Source of the DNA: Massalongia carnosa
Taxonomy: Eukaryota
DNA: 64,000 nucleotides
Reading direction: 5' to 3'
Assembly (NCBI GenBank): GCA_965645245.1
Contig: OZ287071.1
Location: 1,550,001 to 1,614,000 of the forward strand
The translations under genes were made by a program, and so were the position numbers. Of the stretch, positions 25,386 through 37,217 are shown in pieces (position 1 is the stretch's first letter; every line of letters begins with the position of its first letter). The notes under the pieces were generated by a model. The model saw nothing but the letters and a program-made list of their open reading frames with translations, had not been told where the DNA came from and searched no databases.

Positions 25386-27516
25386 TGAGGGGAGCATGAG
25401 GGAGCAGAGAGGAAATAAATGGACGAAACGAGGCCTTAGCGCTCGAGCAAAGCGGCGAGGCCTAAGTCAGCAGATGGTCACGTGTTACCTTCAGTTTAGG
25501 AAGCTATATATATCCTATTCCATTCCTTTTACCCTCCCAACTCTGAACAAATACGAAGGGGTCTAGAACGGGACCTATCAATCTGGCCAAAAACCTTACG
25601 ATCCCGAACCCCCACCCTGTTCCCCAATCTGTTGTTTGGTGTCATCACCACCACAGCCGATCGGTTGATTACCTGTTGGTCGCTCTCTTGTGTGCAACTT
25701 CATGGTGTATGTGTGTATGCATGTACCACCCCCCTTAGCTGCTACAAGTCAATTATGCAGCAAACCCAGAAAACCGATAAATTCCGGATTAAGGTATATG
25801 TTGTTGCTTGTACCCTCAGCCTGGCGGATTGCACCCTCTTTCTCTCTCTTTGCCTCTGGGATTATTTCAAGTCGGTTGCTGTTCTGTGACGCTATTCGTA
25901 TGTTGTGTAAGGGTGGATTTGTTGTTGATTGTGCCCTGGAGGAGGTAGGTAGGTAAGCGCTGCTTGTGGGTTTGATATGTCACCATAAAGTCCGGGTCTG
26001 GTTTCGAATTGTAGGAGGAGAGGCAAGGCGCTGTCTTGCCGGTTGGTGTCTGGCGTGAGACAAAGTGGTGGAATGGGGCTTGGATGTTGATATGCGAGGC
26101 AAAAGGGATATGGATATGTATATATATAATATAGGAGATGAGTATAGCATAAACCGCGATAAATTCTATATTCATGTTCGTATTCCAAAGAAAAAAAGAA
26201 AAAAGAAAAAGTCAAAAAGCGTTCACTCAGAACAGATACGTGAAAGCTCCGTTGTATAGGGAGCCGTGTGCTACAACGATCCTTTCCTTTTCTCCCCTCG
26301 CGGACACTCGATTTCTCGCCGTCACCGGGCCATCAGTACCCAGAGCAGTAGCGGTGGTATCTCGTATTGCGGATGCTTCGCGAGCGACTACGAGTAGGAC
26401 CTCACGCTGGGACCGTACCGCATACTCCGAATCGAACAGTTGCTATGATTCCGCGAAAGCGAGAGAGTTAGCCGGACGCTCAATACGAACTGAGACCGGG
26501 TAGCCAAAACGCAGATGACTGACGATAAGCTTCTAGCGACCGACCGACCGGTTCTGGATCTTTTGGGGCATCTCCCTCCTTCTCTATCTCCATTTCCGAC
26601 GCTCACCCGATCTTTGCGCACCAAAGCGCTTCTCCGCCTCATCTAACCTAGAGAGTTTCGGGTTCAGGCATCTCGAAAGGGGATTGAAGGGTGTAAGTTA
26701 GGGGTTGTGAAGTTGGATGAAGGAGGTTTGGAATCGTGGGTACGTAAGTCGGGAAGCGGGAGATTTTGAAGTACCTATATCCGACGGGGTTCATTCACGT
26801 GGTGATCCAGTGATTTGGAAGTTTGAGAGAATATGGATCGTTAGTATAAGGTGTTAGATGGTTTTTATCATAATGATAAATCTGGCAAATGAAGCAGGCA
26901 GGAGTTGGGAAGAGAGTTGAGAATGAGAAATAGCGAGGACGATTGAATGAGGTCGCACCAAGGAAGTGGCAATAGGTAGTATAGAGATGCTCAAAACTCA
27001 CTCTCCCTTTTCTTCCTCCCTCCTTCACTCTCCACAGTCACCGGCAACAGCGATCGACAACGGAAAGCTATAGGAGAAGAGTTTCCTTGTCAACTACCAC
27101 ATAGAAGGGAGTGAAGTTATGTACAAGAAAAAACGGACTGGCTGGTGTTCTGTTGGTACAATGGTTGCAAGCAAACAAAACGTACAGCAGGCTCGCTTTT
27201 CGTTTCGATGTTACATAGATAGGCAGCTTTCCCCCTTTTCCTCCTCCTCGAGATCCCTTAGCGTAGGCATTTCTGCGGGAGATGCTGCGAGCTTATAATT
27301 GCCCCTGGGTGGGTTAGAAATAATGTAGGCAGGCCAGCGCCTCAGGGAAAAGACATTCACAAGAAGCACCATCCTCCCAAATGCAGGACCAAACACTGTA
27401 ACTATGATCGGAAAATCGGGAATCATCGCGTCAAACCCCCACATTCGAGCATGAAATCCCGTAGCCTTCCAAAATTTCCCGCTGCGTTGTTCTCCCTTTA
27501 TTATTGGTTCGAAGAA

Positions 27517-29103
27517 CTATCTAATAATCTTCGTCACCAAACCCGTCGCGACGGTGCGTCCACCCTCACGGACATTGAAGCGCAGGCCCGTCTCGATCGC
27601 GACGGGATTATAGAGCTCGCACCTCATTTCCACATTATCGCCAGGCATGACCATTTTGGTTTCGCTGTCTGCGGTGCCTTCCGGCCAGTGGAGAGTCGCT
27701 GCTTCATCTGTTTTTGGTGCGAAGGCGAGGTGGTTAGTCATGGAGTAAACCGGAGGAACGGGTGAGCGGGAGAACTTGAAAGGGAAGGGATGGGAAAGGT
27801 AAAGGGAGACACACCGGCAGTGCGGATGAAAACCTGTGGTTTGTAATTGTCTTGAAATCCCGTGTGACGACCGCCTTCTTCCTTGGTAAGCACGTACATG
27901 GAGCATAAAAATTCTACGTGCGCTTTTGCCGTCCCAGGCTTCACGACGGCCATTCCCCGTCGGATGTCCTCGCGCTTTACCCCCCGCAACAGCAAGCCCG
28001 AATTGTCTCCCGCGCGTGACTCGTCGCATGATTTCTTAAAGGTCTCAATATCTGTGACTTTGGTTTTGATAGTCTCGGTGCCTTTCCCTAACAGTTCAAC
28101 TTCAGAGTCTTTCTTCAACGTCCCGCGCTCAACCCTCCCGGCCACGACGGTACCACGACCAGCGATGGAAAAAACGTCTTCAATAGACAAGAGAAAGGGT
28201 TTCTCGGTTTCGCGCTCAGGGGTCGGGATCCACGAGTCAACTGCTGCCAGCAACTCGTCGATCTTTTGTTCTCCGATTTCAGGTTTTCTACCCTCAAGAG
28301 CACATAAGGCGGAGCCGAGAATGATCGGGGTGTCGTCACCCTCAAAGCCGTATGTGCTGAGAAGTTCTCGCATCTCCATCTCTACGAGTTCCAGCATTTC
28401 CAGGTCGTCGATTGTATCGACTTTGTTGACGAAGACGACGATTTTCTGCACCCCAACTTGCCGAGCGAGAAGAAGATGCTCCCGGGTTTGTGGCCTAACG
28501 TTTGTCAGTACATATCCAGCACAGGCTTTTGGCATAGACCTCACATTTGCCCATCAGAGGCCGCAACCACGATGACAGCTCCGTCCATACTCGAGGCACC
28601 TGTGATCATGTTTTTAATATAATCCGCATGCCCAGGACAATCTACATGAGAGTAATGCCGTGCTTCTGTCTGATATTCGATATGGGCTGTGGCAATGGTG
28701 ATGCCGCGCTTTCGTTCCTCGGGTGCTTTATCAATTGCGCCATATTCTAGAAAGCTAGCAAGGCCTTTTTCCGCCTGTCTCTTGGTGATGGCAGCGGTTA
28801 ATGTTGTCTAGAATCATAGTTAATGGCTGTCCATGAGGCAACTTGACGCTCAGAGATACCTTTCCGTGATCTACATGTCCAATTGTACCTAGATACCTTA
28901 GTATACTTATCGAGATACAAAGGAGTGCTAATTGTACCTATGTTAACATGAGGTTTCGTCCGCTCAAAAACCGTTGCCAACCCTCGAAGCCCATTGAGAT
29001 CTTTACCCAGGACTTGTTGTACAGGATTAACGCCCTTTCGCTGGCGAGCAGCAAGCCGAGTTGTCCTTAACAGAGGTACGAATGATCTGGTGAAGGTTGA
29101 CAT
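27517..29103 (-). CDS. TUF1: Mitochondrial elongation factor Tu (multi-exon)
   Basis: Basic presequence, [78 protein letters not shown]. Confidence 0.97.
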
Positions 29104-29294
29104 GTTTGTTGCACAAAGCAGAGACAACTGCGAGGTGAGATACAGGTTACGATGAAACAGCCCTTTCCCCTGGTGAAGCTATTAACATTTAATCGTCAAA
29201 AAGTCTTTCATTGGGAAAACCGATATTAGGAACAATCTTTAACCGCACCGGCTGAGTCATCAAGAGATCTGATCCAGTACCTCAAACTTATACA

Positions 29295-29390
29295 GCTAAG
29301 CTATTTTGGATTAGCCTTGCAGGAAAAATAAGCCCCTTCAGGTTAATATGCTGACTACGTGGCTTAGCTATAATTAAGCTATAGCTAAGC
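29295..29390. repeat. Degenerate relative of the 60.3-kb MITE plus an 11-bp inverted repeat
   Basis: gctaagc...gattagcct...taagccccttcaggttaa...gctgactacg aligns to the 60287-60443 element; perfect IR gcttagctata/tatagctaagc at 29362-29390. Confidence 0.6.
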
Positions 29391-29541
29391 TATGACGCTA
29401 GCCAAAAGGGTAGTCTTGGCAAACATCCAGCATTCCCTACCTATACATATGCGAGATGCTCTACTCTGTACAGAGTACGGTTTCTAGCCATATGAAAGGC
29501 TATGGGTTCAACGCGACTTAGGAGCCTGTCATCTCAACCCC

Positions 29542-30429
29542 TTAGTTTAAATGTTCTCGTCGATGACTTTGCTTCCTTCGATCCTCTAATCCGTCTTTTC
29601 GTGCGAACCTTTCGCGTTTGGCACCATCTCTAACCTCCTCTTGCCGCTCCTCGTCCGCGCCCCCCTCTTTATGTCTTCCTTCCTGTTTCCCCTTCTGTTC
29701 ATCATTCTCCACAACTCTCTTCACAGCTTTCCCTATGAAATAAAGCTGAAGCCTTCCCCCAACCACTCCCTCCATCTCCTTGTACTCCTTCGCTCCATCT
29801 AAACTCTGCACAAAATCCTTCAACCGTTCCACTAAAGCCATCGCTTCGTCTGGAGCCGCATCCCTCCCCTTTCCCTTTCGCTTCTTCGCCTCCAATAAAA
29901 TGTTCACCTTTCTGCCCTCGTTCAAGAACTGCCCTAATCTATCCATCTTATGTCGAAAATCATTCGGTCCAATAGCCCAATTCAGCTCCAGCTCTTTCAT
30001 TGAGGACTGCGAGGTCTTGGGGCGTTTGAACCTTTTCGTCTCAAATTCACGTGCCTCGTGTTTCGGAATGATTTTGCATACCACTGTTGAAGAATCGAGG
30101 TCCGGACGTGCGACTTGTACAAGGAAGTAGTTTTTGCGGTCTATGCGCGCAAGAATGCTGGATGGCGGTTCGGGGGGCTGAATAGTATTGAGGTCTTCGG
30201 AGACAAGTTGAACGAAGGGGGACTGAATTTCTTCATCACGAAGCCGAACGTGTTTAGTGGGTTTGATACCACGAGGCTGGGCGCGCAATGAGATGAGGCG
30301 GCTATGTTGGGTGGTAGGACGGAGTAGGCGCAGATATGAAGGACGAACAATTGATAGGTTGAAGGTCGAAAACAAGGTATTTTGTAAAGACTCTGTAATC
30401 GTATGGAGATAATTGGTATGTTTGGACAT
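29542..30429 (-). CDS. Mitochondrial translation initiation factor IF-3 (Aim23-like)
   Basis: Arg/Ser-rich presequence, RLRDEEIQSPFVQLV, LVQVA...VVCKII, KELELNWAIGPNDFRHKMDRLGQFLNEGRKV. Confidence 0.85.
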   Translation of the reverse strand: MSKHTNYLHTITESLQNTLFSTFNLSIVRPSYLRLLRPTTQHSRLISLRAQPRGIKPTKHVRLRDEEIQSPFVQLVSEDLNTIQPPEPPSSILARIDRKNYFLVQVARPDLDSSTVVCKIIPKHEAREFETKRFKRPKTSQSSMKELELNWAIGPNDFRHKMDRLGQFLNEGRKVNILLEAKKRKGKGRDAAPDEAMALVERLKDFVQSLDGAKEYKEMEGVVGGRLQLYFIGKAVKRVVENDEQKGKQEGRHKEGGADEERQEEVRDGAKRERFARKDGLEDRRKQSHRREHLN

Positions 30430-32154
30430 GTTCTGTGATGGCCGTTGGGGTTATATTTCAATTGAAGTGAGGACCTAGGTATTACCTTGTACTTTACTCG
30501 GTACAGAGTGTACTAATGTCCAATTTCGACTTATGGTTTTTCTTTACAGAGTAGCTTACGGTAATATACCTTTAGCGCGGTCTACAGTTTTCAAAGATTC
30601 TTCATTCCTTTTCCTTTTTTCACGCATGTATATTCGTCAAAAGAGCATTGCGACAAGTAAAGCGTGCTCATTCCCGTGTTGCTCTGTGACAAGTATTCTT
30701 CAGCTACACTGTACAGAGTATCGATCTAACGATCTTAAACCTGCTAACAACCGGTCAGAACATGTCTAACTTCAGTGGACCTGCAGTTGAGAATGACTTC
30801 CGTCAGTCAAACACAAAGATCAAGGAATAGAGCAAATACCTCGCCATGTAATTCGAGAATTCCTACACTAACTACATGAACTTATATCTCGGCTTTTCTT
30901 TTCTCAACACTACTCTTGAGTAGACTTGGGTTCGGCTGCTTTAGCTCAGAATACAACAAAGTGACATGAGGTGATGAGCAGAGCGCATTGCTTTTGGAAA
31001 ATTTACGCTCTATATGTAATACTTTTCTCGCATGGTTCCGATCATCTGCTAAACGGACTAAAAGGCGAGACGTATACGACTTGTTCCCTGGCTATAAGGA
31101 AGACCTGCAGAACGATAATCGTTCAATATTAAATATCTAGGGTTTAGAGGGTATCCACGCCATCTCTCGAAAATGGAGCAAGTTACAACATCAGGCTTGA
31201 TGACAAAAATGAGTAATCTCATAATAGGTGTCAACCTTTTAGTCACGAAAACGCTCTAGAGTCTCACATGAAGATAAGCCTTGCGAAAAAAACCAAGGAT
31301 GGATAGAATCCGACCCCAAACTTTTCTCATTGTTGCTGGTTGGGCACCGTAAAGGCTTGGCTGCAGTCAGACTGGCGTGTCTTTAAGAGAACTTCGAAAC
31401 ACAAAATATGTGCCAAAACGATATTAGCCAGAGGGATAGTTAGGCTATTTCAGCATACAATGTTCACGTCTGCTCCTGAATGTGTCGTTATTTCCGCTCC
31501 TGCAAAAGAAATTTGTCGGGTTTGCTTCCAAGGATATTTTCACCTGGGTGGTATTGCACCCCTACTGCCCCCACGAATTATTGTGGTAACTCTTAATCAC
31601 AGCCCTGATTTGAAAAGGAAAGATGGATATATAATTGCAGGAGGGCTGCTGTCGCCATTCATCATGCCTTGCTCATTTTTGGCTTCTTGGCGCTCCGGTG
31701 CTTGCATGGCTGTCGTGTCATGCGACTCCTGGTTGGTTCTTTTACTATGCTAAATCATATAACTCGTTCAGAGGCGCCACAGTTTTTTAGCATTTCTCAA
31801 CTTCACCTGATAATAGGATATGTATTGCATATCCAAACTCATATTTTTATAATTTAATTATATCAATGCGTTAATTTGTCGTTGCTGAAGATCAGCAGTT
31901 CGAATCTCTTGTGCATGGTACCCAGCTCTGCCCCCACGGTAGCCTCCAAAAGCAATCGAACGCTTTCTTGTAATTAAACTCTGCAGTTGTATGATTTCAT
32001 GTATATATGTTGTTGTGTCAGCCCCCTTTCCAACTTCGTCAATCTCAGCTTGTAAGTCACACAAGCGTTTATTTGTCGATTGAAAGAACTTTCATAGTCG
32101 GTCTCTATTATCACAATCGCTTAAATTTTGCGTCTTTCACCTTCTTCATTGAAA

Positions 32155-33464
32155 ATGCTCAAATCTTTCGCAATTGTCGGCTTAGTTCTTGTTTGGTCAA
32201 TCTCCGTCGTCTCCCAGCAGAATGAGCAGGGACTCATTGCACGAGCTGACCCAAGCTGCCCCGAACTGCCAACATCTAGCGGAGGTCGCAAAATAGGCAT
32301 CGTTGTTGACAGTTCTAGCTCCAACTTAGATACTGACCCATCTAATTTACGAATTACCGCCGCTAAGGACTTTAACGGCCTGCTCGTTACCAAGGACAAA
32401 GCTGGGCCAACCGGCCAACCGGATCTAGTTACAGTAATCGATTTTGATAGCACCGCAAGTGTCATTTACGACCTAGGAGACCCAGCGAAGGCATCGTTTG
32501 ACAGTATTGACTCATCAGGAGGCACCGATATAGCCGAGGGTGTCAAGGCCGCAATCGATGAGCTTACAAAAGACTCCTCGGGGACAACAGCCCATCGAAC
32601 TGGCATCGTTGTGCTGACGGATGGCGAAGACGTCTTCCTCGCCGATCTACTGCATCAACTGGCTAGAGCCCGCGACCAGAGCATTCGCGTTGCCTTTGGC
32701 TTTTTGTCTCCCCAGGCGCCTGAGGGCGAAGCCGATCTCCTCACCGCCATCCTAAATACAGGCGGCATTTACAGCACTATCGGCTCCCCCACAGCACAGG
32801 TAGACTTTGTGAATCTCGTTGTCACCCACGGACTCACCGATCTCGACAGCGCTAGCTCTGCAAACGGTACTACGGCCTTGTATCAGGGCCTTACCATCGC
32901 CGGTAACGTCTCCGCAACCACAGGCCCAAAAACCTTCACCTACAGCGCTCAAGCTGGCGAGAAACTCAACTTCACCGTTAGTGCCCTCGGCGGGCAAGAA
33001 CTAGACTTAACGTTGCGCGATACGAAGAACCGCAAGGATCTCAACACCACGACCACAGACTCGAGCGGGAAGGGCGGCTTTCCATTCACTGCGACTCAAG
33101 CGGTGGAGCTAGAACTAGACGTTGCCACCAAGAATACCACCGCGGGGTTGTTCACAGTAGGCTTTCAATCGTCCGTGAACCGTACCAGCGCATGCAAACC
33201 TAGAAATTCCAACAGGTATGATTCCTGAGTCCCCCCCATCTTCTCCTATCATTGCCCTTTCTTTGATAAAATCTTCCCCTCCAAAGCACCCCGCTGACGT
33301 AACCCTTCCTCCACTGCAGTTCTTCCACCAACCAAACCACATCCCCTCCAGTTTCCTTTACCGGCGCCGCGGCCTCAACTCTTGATGCCTTCCAGGGATA
33401 CCTCACTGCCGCAATGCTCACGGCTGCTGCCCTTGCGCTTGCAGGCGCTGGAGTGCTTCCGTGA
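32155..33464 (+). CDS. Secreted, probably GPI-anchored vWA-domain surface protein (intron 33216-33319)
   Basis: Signal peptide MLKSFAIVGLVLVWSISVVS; MIDAS IVVDSSSS, SSGGTDI, VVLTDGED; beta-rich second domain; Ser/Thr tail with FTGAA and hydrophobic C-terminus. Confidence 0.88.
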
Positions 33465-34729
33465 GGGGTAGAAGGCGTGTGGACGGGGCAGCTTTTGGTC
33501 TGCTCGCTGGAAGCGGTTTCGAGGAGCGGGGCGGAGGAGGGAGGATGAGGTAATAGTTTTCGGGGGTTGCGAAGATGGGTCGGATCGATGACTGGTGGAG
33601 AATCTCGTTCCTTCATTTGAAGCTTCCTTGATGTAGATGATGGGATGATAAGATGTAGGCATCTGACTGAATTAAGCCGATTCATCTCTGTGTAATCTAC
33701 CTAACAGGGCAGTCATTCATTTATTTCCTCTGTTCGTTCCTACGTTTTCGCCACCTTTCATCTGCAGCTCCCCCTTTCCTCCCTACTCCTCCTCCCCATG
33801 GGCAGAAAAAACCCCGCACGAAATCGTCGCGAAATCACTCACTAATCAGTTATTCGTTCTCGCTATGTATGTATCTATCATTCCTGAAGCGGTCTTTTGC
33901 ATCGTTTAGTTTGAGGGGGGGAGGGGTCTACATAACGCATCTGTCGCCCGTCCCACCTCTTTGTTCTTCTTCCCCTTTCTCATCGCCGACGTCCTCCTTG
34001 GGATAATGCTCTCTCCCATCTCTTCATCTTTCGGTTCTGCGCTCCCCCTTTGTCAAAAGCTATTCTAACCCACTCCGATCAGAAGGAATTGTGTGTTTGT
34101 ATTGAGTATTATCCAGCTCCTATCAGTACACTGACCAATCTCAAGAAGCACTACGTCTACTACTCGCCACTAGTGCACGTTTAGGCTAAGTTACTGTAGT
34201 CCCCGATGTGAACAGAGCTTACTCGCTTAGAAGGGATTTGATCAGTTATAAGCGCAGTTTTGTGTGTGCGTTTTTGGGTGGGTCTCGTGGATGGGATTTG
34301 AGGGGTTTGGGAGATTTAGGGTCTGTGGGTCTGTGGTGGGTTTGGCTAGATTAGGGGGGAGGCGCAGGGTTGGCGAGGAGGAGCGGTTGTAAGAATGATG
34401 GTGGAGGGAGGGAGGGAGGGAGGGAGGGCTAGGGGAGATGGAGGAATGAGCTGGGAATGGCGAAGGGGGTAAAGGGATGGAACGATGAGAAATGGGGAAA
34501 GCCGAGTGACGATTGGGCCACACGGAACGGCAACATATAGGGGAATATTCGGGTTTTTAGAGAGGGGGGGAGATTCGGAGAAACGACGAAGAAAGGGGGG
34601 TTGGGAAACCTCGCTGGGCAAGAAGAGAAGTTGGTGCGTCTCGTGTGCAACTCTCGGTGGTGATAGCAATCCTAGTCAAGGCGCCGTGTAAACGCAGATC
34701 TATCTATCATCTTCTGGAGGGGATAATTC

Positions 34730-36326
34730 TCAATAACTACACTTCCCGCAGTATCCGCAGTCTTCTGCTGAACATGCTGTATAATCTCGCTCGGATTCGT
34801 CTTCTCTGTATTGCTCGTTATCCCAACGATCATAATTCGGTGTAGAAAAGTATTCTTGATCCTCTTCACTATCGCTCCCGGATGCAGATGCAACAGCCTT
34901 TGGGGACAGCTCTTTGAGTTCCTGGGCGAGATCTCTTGTCTTATCGTCGAGAGAAGCTGATTCTGATAAAGGAGACGGTGATCTAAGCGATTCTTGTTCT
35001 TCTTGACCCTTGGCCCACTTCTCACGCAGGTCAGGTGGAAGAGCGTGCCAGCCCCCATCCAGGAGTCTCCGAACTACCAATGGCCCATTGCCGAGGTGAC
35101 TAATTTCCAGACCATGACCGCCTGACGCCTTGGCTAGCTCTATAATACGGTGAAGGAGTGCACTAAGACGCATGAGTGCGGTTTCATTTTCCTCCTCCCA
35201 GGTCTGCAGCTCGGCGCGTACATCTCGGATTTGAATGTCATCGAAATATCCGCTCTGATGATAGCCGATGATAAGATTTGGGGTCTGGCTGACCCACAAT
35301 CGGGGAAGTATATCGTCCATGTCAATGGACCGGGTAGCTGCGCGGGTTTTGAGATCAAAGACAGCTTTATGAGGGATCATTCGACCTCCTAATTTCAGTT
35401 TCAGACCGTCCTCAACGACGGGTACTACCATACTAACGCGGATTGTGCCTGTAGCTTGAAGTAGAGAGGAAATTCCGGCGTCACTAGGACTATCATGTTT
35501 TGCTTTGCGTAGATCAGTACCATCCTTCGCATGGTCTGATTCCTTGCTATCAAGCCGTTCGCGGAGCCATCCATCACTCTCAAACCTAACAAGGAATTTC
35601 AATCCGCCGAATTGATATTGATTGATCCGCTGATGTGAGACGGAGCCTTTGACATCAGTCTCCCAGTTCGTATATGATTCGGGAAAGGTATGGCCATAGC
35701 CGTATAAGCCTTCGATGAGCTCTTTCGGTGAATTTTCCTTGCGTAAAAAGAAAATGGTTTTGCCTATGAACTGAACATCGAACCGAAAGTTCACGTCCAA
35801 CGACCTCGTAAAACGTAGTAGGTTCCCTAGGGTGCTTCCACAGGCCACCACATCTACTTCTCTGGGCTGCAAATCCGGCTGCATGGCAAAAATGGCCCGG
35901 ATGGCAGGTTCTAAAGGGTGGCGGGGGTACCGTGCTGCGTTTTGATCTCTATAGACATCGCCGCTGTCTTGACTGAGTTTTGGAGTGTCAGCGGGCGGGG
36001 CCCATACTGGGGGAGAACCTAAGAAGATTAGTCCTTCTCATTTTCAGAAAATCTAGAAACCTACCTGGAATAAGAATAGTGGGAGATTTCTGATCGAGCC
36101 AGCTGTACGACGCTACGTACTCAACGTTGCTGATCGTTGAAGGGAGTAAGCTAGGGATTATTTCATCGGCCGAGATAGTAGTCACAATCTCGCCTTGGGT
36201 TTGCCATTGGGTTGGATCAGCTCTATGCCAGAACCGGTCTCCGCGTCCACGATAAGAGCTCCGCGAACCACGACCAAATCCTGATGAATTCTTTGATCCC
36301 CTCCATCTTCCTCCTCCGCTATACAT
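34730..36326 (-). CDS. Conserved fungal protein (often mislabelled geranylgeranyl pyrophosphate synthetase) with Rai1/DXO-like motifs
   Basis: Gly/Arg-rich N-terminus, YVASYSW, DVVACGSTLGNLLRF, GYGHTF, SHQRI, LVRFESDG, FDLKTR, PRLWVSQTP; C-terminal CSAEDCGYCGKCSY; one intron near 36020-36064. Confidence 0.8.
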
Positions 36327-37217
36327 GCTAAATACTCCACTGAAGGAGAGTAGTAGAAGTCCCGAGCAAGAAAGCAGTGAGTCAGGTACTGGGATGGGTG
36401 ACACGTTTAGAACAACACATTAGAGCAGGAATTGGTACAAATATTTAGGCTCAGCTGGTGGTTTATGTAATAAATTCTAGCAAACAAAACAGCTGTGTTT
36501 CCAGTGCCAAACCTCTACCATTGAAGTCTCGGGTCGCTGCGCCGCATCGTGTGATAGATATATCAAGAAAGCAAAACCTGCAGGGAGCCTATGCAAAATC
36601 GAGCAAACAACCAAGACAGCAGCTACAAAACAGATGACTGAAAAGGCCATGTGAAGCATTTGCAGGGTATCAAAGGCATGTGGAAAGCTGTCCACCTAGC
36701 AGCGCTCAATTGCTGAGCAAAGAAGTGCCAAGCCAAACATCTGGGTCATGATACGCAGATGAGGTTGTTACACAACGAAGTGATAGGTCTGCGAATACAG
36801 TCATCGCCGATCCACCCTATGAACCAAGAGTTTGGGATTCAACCTCTCTGCAATGCGGATAACAGATCAACGAGCTGCGAACGAAAAGGGAGATTGATCA
36901 GAAACTCAGCGCCGGAAAACAGTCGTCGGCTGATGAAATTGAAGAAAGAAGTCAGCAAGTTGCTATCCCTAGTTCCATGAAGCTTCAACAACTAGCCAGG
37001 TTGAGAAGTAACACTGCATTAGCATCAAGGATTTATTTCTACCTGCGACTTGCATGAGTGAAGCTTTTATTTTGTTAAATCAATACATATGACGAAGATC
37101 TTAAAAATACGAGATTAGAGTGGATTAGATTTCCGTAATCTAACCAATAAACACGCTCTACCAACATGTAGTTAACAATCCTTACTATCACCACAACCCC
37201 AAACAAAAAGAAGAAAT

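Noticed and set aside
26220..26260. GTATCTGTTCT (U2-like) and ACAACGGAGCTT (RNase MRP CR-V-like) on the minus strand
   Set aside because: Flanking U2 sequence and a matching MRP CR-I are absent; short chance matches.
26690..26710. CAACCCCTAAC on the minus strand as a telomerase RNA template
   Set aside because: It has four Cs rather than the TAACCCTAA expected for TTAGGG repeats, no pseudoknot or CR4/5 was recognised, and it fits a branch site better.
26855..26880. AAAACCAT...ACA resembling the snR30/U17 m2 motif
   Set aside because: The partner m1 motif ATATTCCTA is not present upstream.
27883..28575. Long antisense ORFs over TUF1 (and similar over VAC8, CWC23, IBA57, DCP2)
   Set aside because: Shadow frames of well-supported genes caused by codon bias.
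33790..34240. Intron-like signals and an AGTCCCC...GAGCTTACT pair suggesting an ncRNA
   Set aside because: The two motifs are too close for an MRP P4 helix, no C/D or H/ACA boxes were found, and the ORF is only 15 codons.
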